Source of the DNA: Marsupella aquatica
Taxonomy: Eukaryota; Plantae; Marchantiophyta
Direction: 5' to 3'
NCBI GenBank assembly: GCA_973895155.1
Contig: OZ316892.1
Location: 4,734,510 to 4,798,509 of the forward strand
Length of the DNA: 64,000 nt
Positions 52,266 through 63,933 of the stretch are shown here, one piece after another (within the stretch, counting starts at the first letter, position 1; each line of letters starts with the position of its first letter). The translations under genes and the position numbers were made by a program. The notes beneath the pieces were generated by a model, which was not told the origin of the DNA, did not search any database, and saw nothing but the letters and a program-made list of their open reading frames with translations.

Positions 52266-55200
52266 TCATACCATTGTTTGAAGATACTGATCCAAAGCAC
52301 GTCTATCTATTGGATCCAACACATAGATACGATCCATAACCCCTTCTTTCATGGTTAAACTAACACTAGCAATGACCATTTCAATATCCATCCATTTCAA
52401 ATCAGTGGTATCATATCTGAATTCACTTTTGCTCTTACCAATAGGACTATACCAATTTAACAACAGTTCACAAATGTTACCTGATTGCCCTGCAAGTGGA
52501 GTTGGCCTATCCATCAAATCAATTGGTGACCGACAATTGCCCCACCTACTGCCATACTTCTGTCTCATTTGGACAATCCAACCCAACCAAAAATATTTCT
52601 TACCTATTGAGATTGCCTCCACCACAACCTTATTCTTTCCTCCCTTTCTTTTTCCAGATCTAGTACTTGGAGCAGGACTATCATCAGACTCAAATGCAAT
52701 TGCACAATCAGTGCCAACATCAACAAAACATGAGTTAGGATTGACTTCTTGCACTTTTCTCTTGCCAGTACTATAGTATATCACTTGTTTCACCCTTGTC
52801 AGCCTATCTTTTGACAAATGCGGATTTCCTACCAACTGGCTTACCAGAGTGGATTTGTAAATCACCTTGCCTTCATAAGTAACAGTAGGCACTACCTTGG
52901 TACGATTCTGTACATTAGTTACAGCATGGACAACTGATCCAAACACATGCCGAACTTCATGACCTAATGTCTCAAGCTCATCTGAGGGGTCTACATCAAA
53001 CTGTATATCATCTCTGTGTACATCATCTGAATGCATCTCAGGAACAACAATGGGATCTGGTTCTGTTAACCATGCATCTATTCTATTCAGATCATCCTCA
53101 GGATCTTCCAATTCATGAAAATCTCCAGTTGGGCGAGGACCTATGTCTGGTGGTTGGTGCTCTACTTGCTCCTCAGAATCATTGCAAACAATTGCTTCCT
53201 TCAGAACCACCTCTAGTGGCCAGGTCTCACTTTCCACAACCCAAGGACATGTCCACCATCTCTTTCTAGCTGCTGGTAAGGAACTTCGTGGAGACATCTG
53301 CAATTGATGCATAAGATCCTTAGCAGCAACAAAACCTTCTTTAAGGGCTGCAACCACTAATTCATTAGTCTCAATGAGAGAATAGTCAAGTAGATTTGGT
53401 GCTTCCTCCCCTTCCCCTATAGGATGAATCTTCCCCCATACATGATCTTGTTTCTTATGTGAACGACCTATCTTCAAGCCTTCTGGTCCATATTCTAGGG
53501 CAACAAGCCGGTTCAGTCCAACAGCACTATCCAACAGAGAGCCAAAATCATAATTCCGCTCATGGCCACTCATGCCTCCTACCTTGCTGAAGAAAATCTC
53601 ACAACAATCTGAACCTAGCAAGTGGAAGGGAACACCTAGATGTGGGAACTTATCTCGAAAGGCACAAATTAACAGCACAATGAAATGACATGACATGTTA
53701 ACATCATGAAAAGCCTGAATAGACATCATGTCTTTCTCAGTGTGTGCTGCAAAGTTCCCACCCACTGAATGGTCACCAAACCTCAACCACAATCTCCACA
53801 AACGTAGAAAGAATGAAACCTTGGATGCTAACACAATACGGGACCTCAAATCATGAACTGGAGAAAAGAAAATATCTAAGTAATCTGCACAAATCTCCAA
53901 GTACAACTGAGTTCCTAAACTTCGTTCATGTTGTACATCTCTCCTCTCATACATATCTTTCAGACATTGCTGCACTCTTCTTGCTGCTATTCGTTGTGGA
54001 CCTGCCCAATTCTGCCGGTCAGTCCTATTCACATCATCCCAAGCCATGCCATGTTCATGAATTGGATAATGATTGTAGACATTAGCTACATAAGATAAAG
54101 ATGCATGTTGATCTCCTAGCACCAGTAAAGAAGACACTCTGTCTAAGGGGTTTATCATCTTTTTCCCATTATGAGGTTGGTCTTGGTCACCAAAGCCATA
54201 CAAATCTCCATTTGGTAGAATTGAAACAGAGTATGTCCACCCTTCCCACCCAACTCCGTACCTTGGGTATGATCCATTCTGCCCTCTGTAATCTTCCAGC
54301 ATCAGCTTTCGGCGACGTGCATCACCATCACTAGCATGTCCAAGCAAAGGGCCTACCATAGCTCTACAATATTCATCCCAAAAAGCCTTTAACTGGACCC
54401 AATGCTCTCGTACCCAAGAAGCTGTGAACTTATTACAAGTTGGAAGTGCACACACAGCCAATTTAGGTAAGGACTCATGCAGAGGATTCACAATCACAAC
54501 TCGGGCATACATGCACTTGGGGCATTGTTCAAATGTACTTACAATTTTATCATACCCCTCATCACCTTCACCAACTAGAATTTCCAAACCATAGGAGCAT
54601 ACATGCTGCTCTGAAGGTCCACAGAAACCAATGAGAGTATCATACTTTGCCTCCCACCTGAAACACAGACATGCAATTTTTCAATATCACAGCAATTCCA
54701 GCCAAGTGCTACTTGTAAAGTCATTAAAAAAACAATTGGAAAAATGTCCAGTTCCAATTACCTAGGGCGTTCTTTGATCCTTGTTTCATCCTCAGCAAAG
54801 ATAACAGGCACATCCCCCTCAATGCCCAATGAGTGCTTTGCAGCAAACAACACTCTAGCAATCTCCTGAAAGGTTTCCTTCCGTAACCCGGTTCGAAAAG
54901 GTGTGAGTTTTGCTCTATCACGTTTTAGGGTCACAAGGCTAGGGGCTGTCAAGTTTCGTGCAAAACAATGAGCAACTTGACGGCCCCCAAATTGGAACAT
55001 AGCCTGAGCAATAGCTCGAGTCCTATTACTGTAACGATTACCTTTTGGCTTCCTGCCTAAATTGCGAGCTACATCCTTCAAGAAATCCCACAAACCCTCC
55101 TTACCACCAAATGCACCATTCCTGTGTCCATTCAAAATACTCCTAAGAAACAATCTCAAATCCTTCCTGTCTGCTGCAACTCCTAACAACTCCTCTAGTT

Positions 55201-56842
55201 TTCGTTTCCTGGTGCTCAAGGCACATACTTTCTGAGCCTGCAAAGCTAACAACCAACGCTCTTTTCGTCGCACAGAGTTCAGGTTGTGCACTTGATCTCT
55301 TAACTCTGTGTTGGTCAAATAATCCAAACGTATACCACCAGCAGTGGTTCGGCTCCCTCTGTGGACTACTGCTTCCGCTTCCCTGTGCACCCGTCCACGA
55401 AAATCATCTTCTAGTGTTATAGAATCACATTCACTACAAGTTAGATTTTCAAATCCTCCTCCATTCTGTGATAACCTCAAGCAATCCTTGTGTCTAAAAC
55501 AGCCTGCTATACTCACAACACTCTCTCTACTTGGATGGAAAACATCCAAGCAACAACTTGGCTCACAATGCCATGTAATTCCCCCAGACTGATAATCTAA
55601 AATGCCAGAAATATCATAAGATATACCCTTCCATAACAGTCGAGGCACACCTCTCTCTACCCATAATCCCCAGCAAAGCAAACTCAGACCAAGATCAACA
55701 GATTCACACACACCTGAACCTGAACCTGAACTGCTGCCTGTCCGGGACCCATCATCTTTAAAGAACTTCAAAATCCCGCTCTGACCAGGATGTAGGTCCC
55801 TAGAATCAGTCCTCTTTGGCCTGCCCCTCTTCCCAGACCTCAAGGCAAGCATTTTTGTGTCATGCCTAGTCTCCAATGCATCCAAGTGATCTCGACTCAC
55901 TAAGTGTGTCCTCAAATTGGGCTCCAAGGTAAGCTTCTTGGGGCACAAGTCAGTGTGAAGCATTCCACAGACAGTACAGCGAACCTTAAACAGGAAAGAC
56001 CTGTTTACATACTCAGGAGTACTGGGATCAGGAACAATAGAGAATAGTTTGCCATCATCCCCAAGCTCAGCATTCAATCGCTGAACTATCTCAACACCTA
56101 CTTTGATGGCGTCTGCATGATCATATTCTGGCTTCTCAGAGATGTCTGCTACCTGAACCAAAGTAGAAGGAATGCCCCTTCTCCGACAATAGTTATCCTT
56201 GTGCTTATTGAAGACCAAGTGTTTGGTCTTAAAATTACTAAAGCAATTGGAGATGGATTTAGGGTTCTGAGAGTTGTCTGCATTGCCATAAGTTTCCCTA
56301 CATTCAAGACACTCCAGATGCCCTCGAACATCTGTCCCCTCATCCCAGGTACGAATTCTCCAATTGTGATCACCATAACCCTTCTTATGTACCCATTTCT
56401 CTAACCTCATCCACTCATCTTTCCATAGCTTTGATGGGACATCTCCCATCAATTGTGACTCAAAAGAAGCCCTTACAGGGGAGGGTGCTAGTGCTGTTGG
56501 CCTCAGTTGTGGTGTCTCAGTATTTGGACCCAATGATGCAGGAGTGCAAGGATGACAGGGTACTGGTGGGATCCTCCCACCATCTCCAAGTTCTTGTTGT
56601 ACAACAATAACTCTTCCATCCAGCTCAGACAGATCAATTAATTTCTCATGTACAAGTTTCACTCGACCAGGAAGTCTCTCATCCCAAAAATCGAAGTCAA
56701 AGTCTAGAGTAGAGGCAATACGAGCCCTAAAATCATGTAGGGTGTGTCCTTCTTTGAATGACAAAACACAGATTGGTAAATCAGCCTTGTCATCCCCAAC
56801 TTTGCGTATTAATTTAACAGAGTTGGGTTTAGGGGCTGCCAT
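52266..56842 (-). CDS. Intact ~1490-aa DDE transposase, P-element-like, 2 exons
   Basis: Exons 56842-54762 and 54657-52266, with a 104-bp GT-AG intron, join as ..IFAEDETRIKERPRWEAKYDTLIGFCG.. Then HASDGD, DQPHNGKKMINPL (DxxH), DRQN and SDCCEIFFS. Two C2H2-like fingers in the N-terminal half. Confidence 0.8.
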
Positions 56843-57341
56843 TGCAATACAAATCTAGAACATGCATAGCACCATTGCTTTTGGAGTCGATAACAGAAAG
56901 ACCTGCACAAATACATTTGAAATACACACAAGGGAAACACATTAGGATCTTCAAGAGATGCAATGACAACATACACATTCTCATGTCAGTAATGTACATA
57001 ATGTCAGCATACATTTAACAATAGAAGTGCTAATAGGCCAAAACACTTTATAATGCAATCCATCATACATGCAAATGTATTCAGTGAAAATCATGATATA
57101 CCGTTAAAGTTGGATAAAATATCTTTAGAAAAAATATCCTTTTTGCCTGGTTTTCTAACAATTCTCGAGGTTTAGTGCTTTTGCTCATCAAAATGCAGCA
57201 CTATTAGTGACCGTAATTATGACAAAATGTCAACACTAATAAAATTGGGTACTACCACCCATGATGCAGCTTAAGTATATGCCTTGCTCATACCCCACTA
57301 AGACGTTGAAACCTAAGTAATAGGTTTGTTCATTATTCAGA

Positions 57342-58091
57342 TCACTGGAGCCATGAAATGTGGTCCCTGATTGGAGTCTTCAGGTGTGGATCAATAGGAT
57401 GACGGGGGCAATAAAACATCTGTCGCTGTTGTCCATGTGCTTCATGTTCCCAGATGTCCCTATCATGAGCAAACCCTTTGCTTTTGATCATCTGGAGACA
57501 ATCTGTATGCCAGGCATTTGGACATCGTAAACATTGTACCATGTTCTTGACCATCTGACCCTCAAGACTCTGATAACATGTCACACATGTATGCAGTGGG
57601 CAGGACTTTGCAGCAGCTACCAAACACCCAAAGCAATAAAATCGTACACAAAAATGATCAGAGCATTTTCGCACAATTGTAGGTGACGGTCCCACAGTGC
57701 GGCACCCATAACACATGGCCTGGTCCTGGTTACAATTTGGGCAAAACCATGGCTTCCCTCCATGATGGAGGGGAAGGACTACACAGGGGCAAGAGTCATT
57801 AGGGGCTTCATCTCCAACCACATAATGAAATTGCCTGTGACATGGCCCATCACAAATTACCAACTTCCCACCATGCTCACAAATTGCACAAACATGAGGG
57901 CTGGTTTGTAGAATCTCTTGCTCAGAGAACAAGGGAATACACAATACCTCTTCTAAAGAGGACTGTGTTGCTTTCTTTATGTTTGAAGTCCTTGTCGGCA
58001 TGGTTACAACTGAAATCATCACAAAGCACATCACATATGAGAGGGACATGTATGATACTGGGCAATCCATAGAACTTGGAGAAATCCACAT
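57342..58091 (-). CDS. EDM2/NSD-type atypical PHD-finger array, stand-alone and intronless, carried by the transposon
   Basis: VCAICEHGGKLVICDGPCHRQFH..CPNC..CYGC..C..C..CPLHTCVTC..CLRCPNAWHTDCL..IWE..YCPRHPIDPHLKTPIRDHI follows the plant EDM2 PHD region as recalled, including the tail YCxxHxIDxxLxTPxRDH. An alternative ATG lies at 58001. Confidence 0.8.
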   Translation of the reverse strand: MWISPSSMDCPVSYMSLSYVMCFVMISVVTMPTRTSNIKKATQSSLEEVLCIPLFSEQEILQTSPHVCAICEHGGKLVICDGPCHRQFHYVVGDEAPNDSCPCVVLPLHHGGKPWFCPNCNQDQAMCYGCRTVGPSPTIVRKCSDHFCVRFYCFGCLVAAAKSCPLHTCVTCYQSLEGQMVKNMVQCLRCPNAWHTDCLQMIKSKGFAHDRDIWEHEAHGQQRQMFYCPRHPIDPHLKTPIRDHISWLQ

Positions 58092-58343
58092 TTGAAGTAG
58101 TTACAAACCTGCTCCAATGATCTGCAAACCTCCCTCCCAGATGAAGTCAACTACACAGTGCAGCCTGGACACCCACCAACCAAGACATACATAAATACAA
58201 TGCCAGATTGCGAAACTTTGCCACATAATGGGAATGAAAATTATTCTCATATATCATGGATGGTACAATTGCAGCCTTGCAAACAAAGGCCTAGTCATCC
58301 CGGACCTCAAGTCATGAACAACGCATCCATGTACTATCAGGGA

Positions 58344-58742
58344 CTACAATGTCAAGCATCCATGGGCTGTAACCTTAGCTTGACCTGGAATACTATCTGG
58401 GGCTACAATATCAAGCTCAGTTATATGTGGAATACTATCTAGGACTACAATGTCAAGCGTGTCCGGGATGACAATCTTGCGTAAAAGACACTCATTTTGA
58501 GGCCAAATGGTTGGCCTTATACAAGAGCACCTCCAGCGACGTGTGACAACTTTGCCATGCTTTCCCATGTATGTCCTAGTAACAAGTCTTCCACGCATTT
58601 TCAAGTAGAAGCAATGGAACCATTCAAAATTGCCATCACCAACCCTGCACTTCACACAAGATTCGCACCAGCAGCATTCATCTGGATGCTGCAAAAGGAG
58701 CTTCTCATAATTCGCTTCTAATGTAATGCCCAATTTAGCCAT
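58344..58742 (-). CDS. Small Cys/Trp-rich hypothetical ORF inside the P-like element
   Basis: ATG-initiated 132 aa with CCWCESCVKC..WFHC..WRCSC. No family recognised; its 3' end runs into short repeats. Confidence 0.25.
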   Translation of the reverse strand: MAKLGITLEANYEKLLLQHPDECCWCESCVKCRVGDGNFEWFHCFYLKMRGRLVTRTYMGKHGKVVTRRWRCSCIRPTIWPQNECLLRKIVIPDTLDIVVLDSIPHITELDIVAPDSIPGQAKVTAHGCLTL

Positions 58743-60879
58743 GGCACTATTTTTTTTACTCGGTGAATGGCCAGGCGATCAGACGTGCAATGACAGGCAA
58801 CTTACAATTCACTAGGTACAGTATGTGCTCTAGCAAACTGCTTCACCGCAAGTGCTGGTGCTCACAGCTGCAAGCACTGATTGCTTTTGCAACCTGTGAA
58901 CAAAATTAAAACCACCAGTTCAATAAGTTTCAAATGCTGCAAGCGCTGAAGACAACCAATTGGCCATGATGCATGTTACGACAGCAATAAACAAATAATT
59001 GGGCTCAACAGACCTGAATAGCTAACCTGAATAGCTAACCTGAATAGGATCATGGACCTCTCATAGCTATGGTGTCCTTCCTACATTACACATTGGTCTA
59101 ATTTATGCAGTGTTTCACTATGATTGTGTTCCATAGAAGAGCATCCAATCTGGCTGACCATTGGAGGAAGCTTGGGCTGGGTCATAGCTACAGCAATTAC
59201 TCCTCTGCAAATGCTATTTGTTGGTAACACATGTTTACTCATCAGTAGACGAATGAAGCATCTGAGGTTTTTGAAACTTGTGCTCTGATGAGGGAGTGAG
59301 TGACGTGGGAGCCATGATAATCATAGATTCAGTGCAAAAGCAAAATCCATGCTCAAAGGCAAACGTGGAAAAATTGGGTATATGTTCTTCACTGCCAAAG
59401 CTTCTGTTTGCGCAACAAAATCCACGAAAGGAATGAAGGAACAAGGGGGAACTCCAGACTCAAGAGCCTCAATTGCTGCATTGTGGAAACGCGTTGCGTG
59501 GGAGAAGTCGTTGGCTTGTAGAAGAAGTAAAAGTGTGCTGGTGAAGGATTTTGTGGTCGGGGTGCATCATAAGGTTGACACAGAGAAGAGAGAGGTGTGG
59601 AGAGGCGAGGAGAGGAGTAGAAAAGTAGGAAAGGCCGTGTAAGGCAGTCGATAAAAAGCGAGTTAGGTTTGGAGTGTCCTCTCGACAGCAAAGGATTTCG
59701 TGTGTGCTGAATTTGTTGCTGGTCCAAATTCCAGGAGCCAGTCAGTAACGGAATAGTGGAATTTTGGGAATAGCAGATGCTCATCAGTCGCAGCATCTGC
59801 GTATGTTTTGTCATCTGGGGAGAATTCAATGAGGTTTGTGGTTTTGGGGAAGGCTGCTGTGAAGAGTTTGTGTTCGTGTGGAGGGATTGGTGGCAAATTT
59901 TGATTGGTGCAGGGCAGAAGAGATGGGAGAGTGACAGGATGTGGAGATCGGTTGGCCGTAACCAAGGCAGCGCCAATGACGACGAGGAGCGCGAAGAGGC
60001 AAAGGCGGAGGAAGATGAGGAGGTAGAAGAACCAGACCACCAAATAGAGAATTTACTACATCAAAGACACTACAGAGATGAGCGCATCAATGGGCTACAA
60101 CATATTCAAGTGCGGATCCCTTTTTTGCAATCAACTCACGGAAATAGAGGATTTACACTTACTTGCCCCACCACAAATCATTCTTGGAAGTGTCTTCCTT
60201 GACAACACGTTTGTCCTTCGGAGATCGGCCAGTTTTCGCCCCGGAAAGCGTGGCAAGAGCCCCTGTCCAGGTGATGTACAAACTCTTCTCGTGCTTCAGA
60301 GCCTGTTCGTAAAGCGCTGCAAAGAGAAACGGCAAAAACTTTAGTCATTATAATTGAATCAGAACATGGGAACAGACAGAGACAGCTTCCAAACGCTCAA
60401 CTAAATCCTGAAGCAACAACCATGACGATCGCGACCCGTATGCGGCGAATGGACACAGCTATGCTAGGACAGGACACAACGAGAGGGCACCGATCACCGT
60501 ATCTAGAGAGCTGATTTATTCGTCTCCTACAAATCATAAGTCGCACAGTAGAGTTTCTACGCATCTTAACGTAGGAACGAAGGTAAAAGGTAGTTTTTTT
60601 ACCAGGCATCCTTGGAAATGAAAGCAACTTTTGAACTATCGACATGATGTGACAGAGTACAAGAAAGGCCTTCAGTGCATGTGAAACAGAAATGCTAGAA
60701 CTACTCATGAGTTCACATGAAACACAATTCCCCGGTCTAACTACTTTCAAATCTCGATGGGCAAATCTAATGCATATGACTTGCGCAAGCAATGTCTATG
60801 GAACACATCGGCTACGACCGCTACCAGATAAGGTGTGCCATGCGTGGTACATATGGGCTTCAAACAGTAGCAAGCAAGC

Positions 60880-61840
60880 ATGATTGAGCGTCAAACAATA
60901 GCAAGCAAGCAAGCACGATCGTCAAAGCAGGAAGCGCCCACCTCCTGGTTGAGCAACACAGAAATGCTGGCAGCAGCCCTGGCAATCCTGTTTGAGCAAG
61001 CAACAATGCAACACTCTCGCTCCCGTTTCAGCAAGCTAGTAGCTCCCGTTTCAGCAAGGTAGCAGCTTCCGTTTCAACAAGCAGCAACGCCACACTCCCG
61101 GCACCCACCTCTTGTTTGAGCAGCTGCAACGCAGCACTTGCAACAGCCACACTCCCACCCGCACTCCCTGTTTGAGCAACAACACAGCAGTCACATAAAC
61201 TTTCCTATCATTTCAGCAACAGGAACGTAGCACACTCCCTCAACCAAGACAATAGCGCACCTATACACTCCAACCTTGCAGCGCAACACTCTCGCCTAAT
61301 CCTTCATTCCCGGGTTCACTCCAAGCAGCAGTGCAACCAAGAAGTCTCGCTCTCCCCTTTACTCTAAGCAGCAGCGCAGCTGAGAAGTCTCGCTCTCCCC
61401 TTCACTCTAAGCAGCAGTGCAGCTGAGAAGTCTCGCTCTCCCCTTCACTCTAAGCAGCAGCGCAGCCAAGAACGACCTTGATCCTTCACTCCCAAGTAGC
61501 AGCGCGCAGTCGAGAACTCTGGGTTGATCCTTCACTTCAAGCAGCAACAGCAGCAACGCAGCCGAGAGCGCAACACTCTCGCTCTCCTCTTCACTCCAAG
61601 GCGCAGCCAACAACTCTCGCTCGATCCTTCGCTCTAAGCAGCAGTGCAGCCAATAAATGTTGCTTGATCCTTCACTCCAAGCAGCCGTAGCAGCAGCGCA
61701 GGCGAGACCACAACACTCTCGCTCGATCCTTCTTCACTCACAGCCGAGAGCACAACACTCTCGCTTGATCCTTCTTCACTCGCATCCAAGGTCACAACAC
61801 TCTCTCTCGATCCTTCTTTGCTCCAAGCAGCAGCACACTC
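60880..61840. repeat. Degenerate GCAGCA / CACTCTCGCTC minisatellite near the 5' end of the P-like element
   Basis: Many variants of TTCACTCYAAGCAGCAG..CTCGCTC, about 40-50 bp apart, most regular at 61320-61830. Confidence 0.75.
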
Positions 61841-63245
61841 GTTTAGACCCCCGTTTACACCATTTGTTGCAAGGTACAAACAAAAGAGTCTCTCATCCCA
61901 AACAGCGGGTGGGGCCAAAGGGATATTGGAGGGAAATGACACGGGAGGAGACTAACAAGGGCGGCCAATTGAGGAAACTAGACATGTTAAACGGAACAAT
62001 TTCAAACTTAATCCCACTCAAACCCTAAACGTGAGTCCCCAAAAAACCAGACCCACTTAAATCATTCTCAAATTAGAATCCATGTTAAAATAAACATGAC
62101 TTAGGAAAATATATTGAGAATGTTATGTGTGCCATGTGTACCAATGATATAGTGACACGTGTAATTTACATAGTCCGACACAAAGACCCCCTAACTTCCT
62201 TGTATGCCTTCCATCTACATAGTCAAAAATATTAATATCCCTATTATTCTTACAAGTTGTCCAACATATAAAATTGACCCTATTGTTCTTACACAAATCT
62301 TCTTAAGTCTTCCGAGAAACCCAATTAACGGACCCTATACTTAGTCGCACGTGATATGAGATTTTCGCGAAGTGAGACCCCCGAGGGGTTAGCATGTTTG
62401 GCTCATACCGTGGCTCATGACACACTGTGCATTCTGTGATATGGGCTGTATCCCCGTGAAATAACATGCAATCATTCACACAGGCATGAATAATATGGTA
62501 ATCCATACCAATGGATGAGAGAACCTTCTTTGCATCCTTCCAGGTCCCTGGCAACACATTCTCCGAGGGTAACATCAAGTCATGACAATATTCAAATATG
62601 TCTGATAACATAGAATTGCTTGTCTTGTGTTTGGCTTGAATGTTCAAGAGCCCCAATATGGCAGAAAGACGGCTCAACCGAGCACCCTCAAAAATAGGTT
62701 TTCGAGCATGTTCCTCTGCCTCTTTCCATTGTTGTTGTCCCTCTGGAGTATGTTGTGGCCGTGGGTCATTTGAAGGGCCAACCTCATGACCAATGTGAGG
62801 CACATCATCCTCAACATTGGCACCAAACCAATCAACCATGAAGTCATCCATGGCTCTATCTTGATCATGCATGACCTGGTCATCAGTCCGAGGTGCGGCT
62901 TCCTCATCAGCACCACCTACATCATTACTTGATGAGGAATCACCCTCTGATGGTTCTCCCTCTTCTGGCATACCCATCTCCCGATATGTTGCTCTCAACC
63001 TTCGTGGTAACATTTGTTGAGATGGTTGCGCATTCTATGCATATTACAACCAAAAAACCTCCTCATGTATATTTGACCAAGAACAACAAATTAAAATAGA
63101 CTTAACACCATTCATTCAAGACATTAAGAATTAAAGTAAATGCATGGGCTAAAACCTTATTACTCCAAAATGAGCCCAAAGGCCATATATATAATAGTAA
63201 ATGGGAAGTCCAAAATAGGTGCAAGAGGATAAAGGACATGATTTC

Positions 63246-63933
63246 CTAATCCCACTCATAGTGTGTGAATAACTCATCTCCTGCTCTAATGGTCCTAGTA
63301 GCAAGAACTAAGCAATAGTCCTTATGATATGTCGTGCCATATGGTGCCGGCATTGGACCATCAGTAAAAACCCACTCACAATTGGCCCTACGTTTGGGCC
63401 GAGTCCCCACTGTACTATTTATGAAACCAGCAATATTCCCATTACGTATGGGATCACCATCTATCACCCGTTGCTCACTATACCTTCTAGTGCTACCATC
63501 AAAAGTATCCATCTCTAGAGCATATGTTTTCCACTCAGGATGTTGTGCAAGGATCATGTTCCAATGTCTTCTCTTGTAGATGGGTCCACCGTATGGGAAC
63601 AAAGTAGGACCCTCTCTACCACGAACACTTGACCCACCCTCCTCATCCATGATGATATCCTCACAAGCAAATACTCCATATCCATGTCTCTCCAAGTGTG
63701 GAAGTTTTCACAATCCAACGTCTACCCCAAACCACAATCTCCTCATCAAAATCTGTAAAATAAGGCAAGCCAAGAGTGATAGGTTCCCAATCCTTGATGA
63801 TAGAGGCACACTTGCCAGTGAATGAACAAACACCCCACCTACCCTGAACTAGTGTTCTGGATGGGTCATTGGGTGCTCGTGGCCTCCTGTTGGATTGGGG
63901 CCTGGACCGGGGTCTTCGTGTCTCAATGGGCAC
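63246..63933 (-). pseudogene. SET-domain gene upstream of the CACTA transposase, one frameshift
   Basis: RWIVKTSTLGE [frameshift in GAGAGA at ~63690] HGYGVFACEDI..LFPYGG..YALEMD..IDGDP..NIAGFINS..ANCEW..VLATRTIRAGDELFTHY gives the SET motifs GxG, (R)FINxS and ELxxxY. Confidence 0.78.

Larger units (their letters stand above)
51619..62386 (-). mobile_element. 10.8-kb TIR DNA transposon with a P-element-like transposase and 6-bp TSD
   Basis: TIR CCTCGAGGGTCTCACT (51619-51634) versus AGTGAGACCCCCGAGG (62371-62386), one mismatch. TSD GGTTAG at 51613-51618 and 62387-62392. Excision restores the host CACTA reading frame. Confidence 0.93.
48867..63013 (-). pseudogene. CACTA Tnp2 transposase split by the 10.8-kb insertion
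   Basis: N-terminus at 63013-62393 (IHACVNDCMLF..CTVCHEPRY), then 51618-51064 (RHVRLGLASDG, WPVVLMNYNLPP, WTMHDYPG), 50975-49521 (LDPMHIEGN, LKTHDYH, WMYWLERY) and 49412-48867 (DUF4216-like). The empty site reads PNMLTQKVPRK in frame. Confidence 0.92.

Noticed and set aside
51619-62386. Polinton/Maverick or Dada assignment based on the 6-bp TSD
   Set aside because: There is no polB, retroviral-type integrase, capsid gene or long TIR as in Polintons. Dada elements lack TIRs and target small-RNA genes, whereas this element has TIRs and sits in a transposase ORF.
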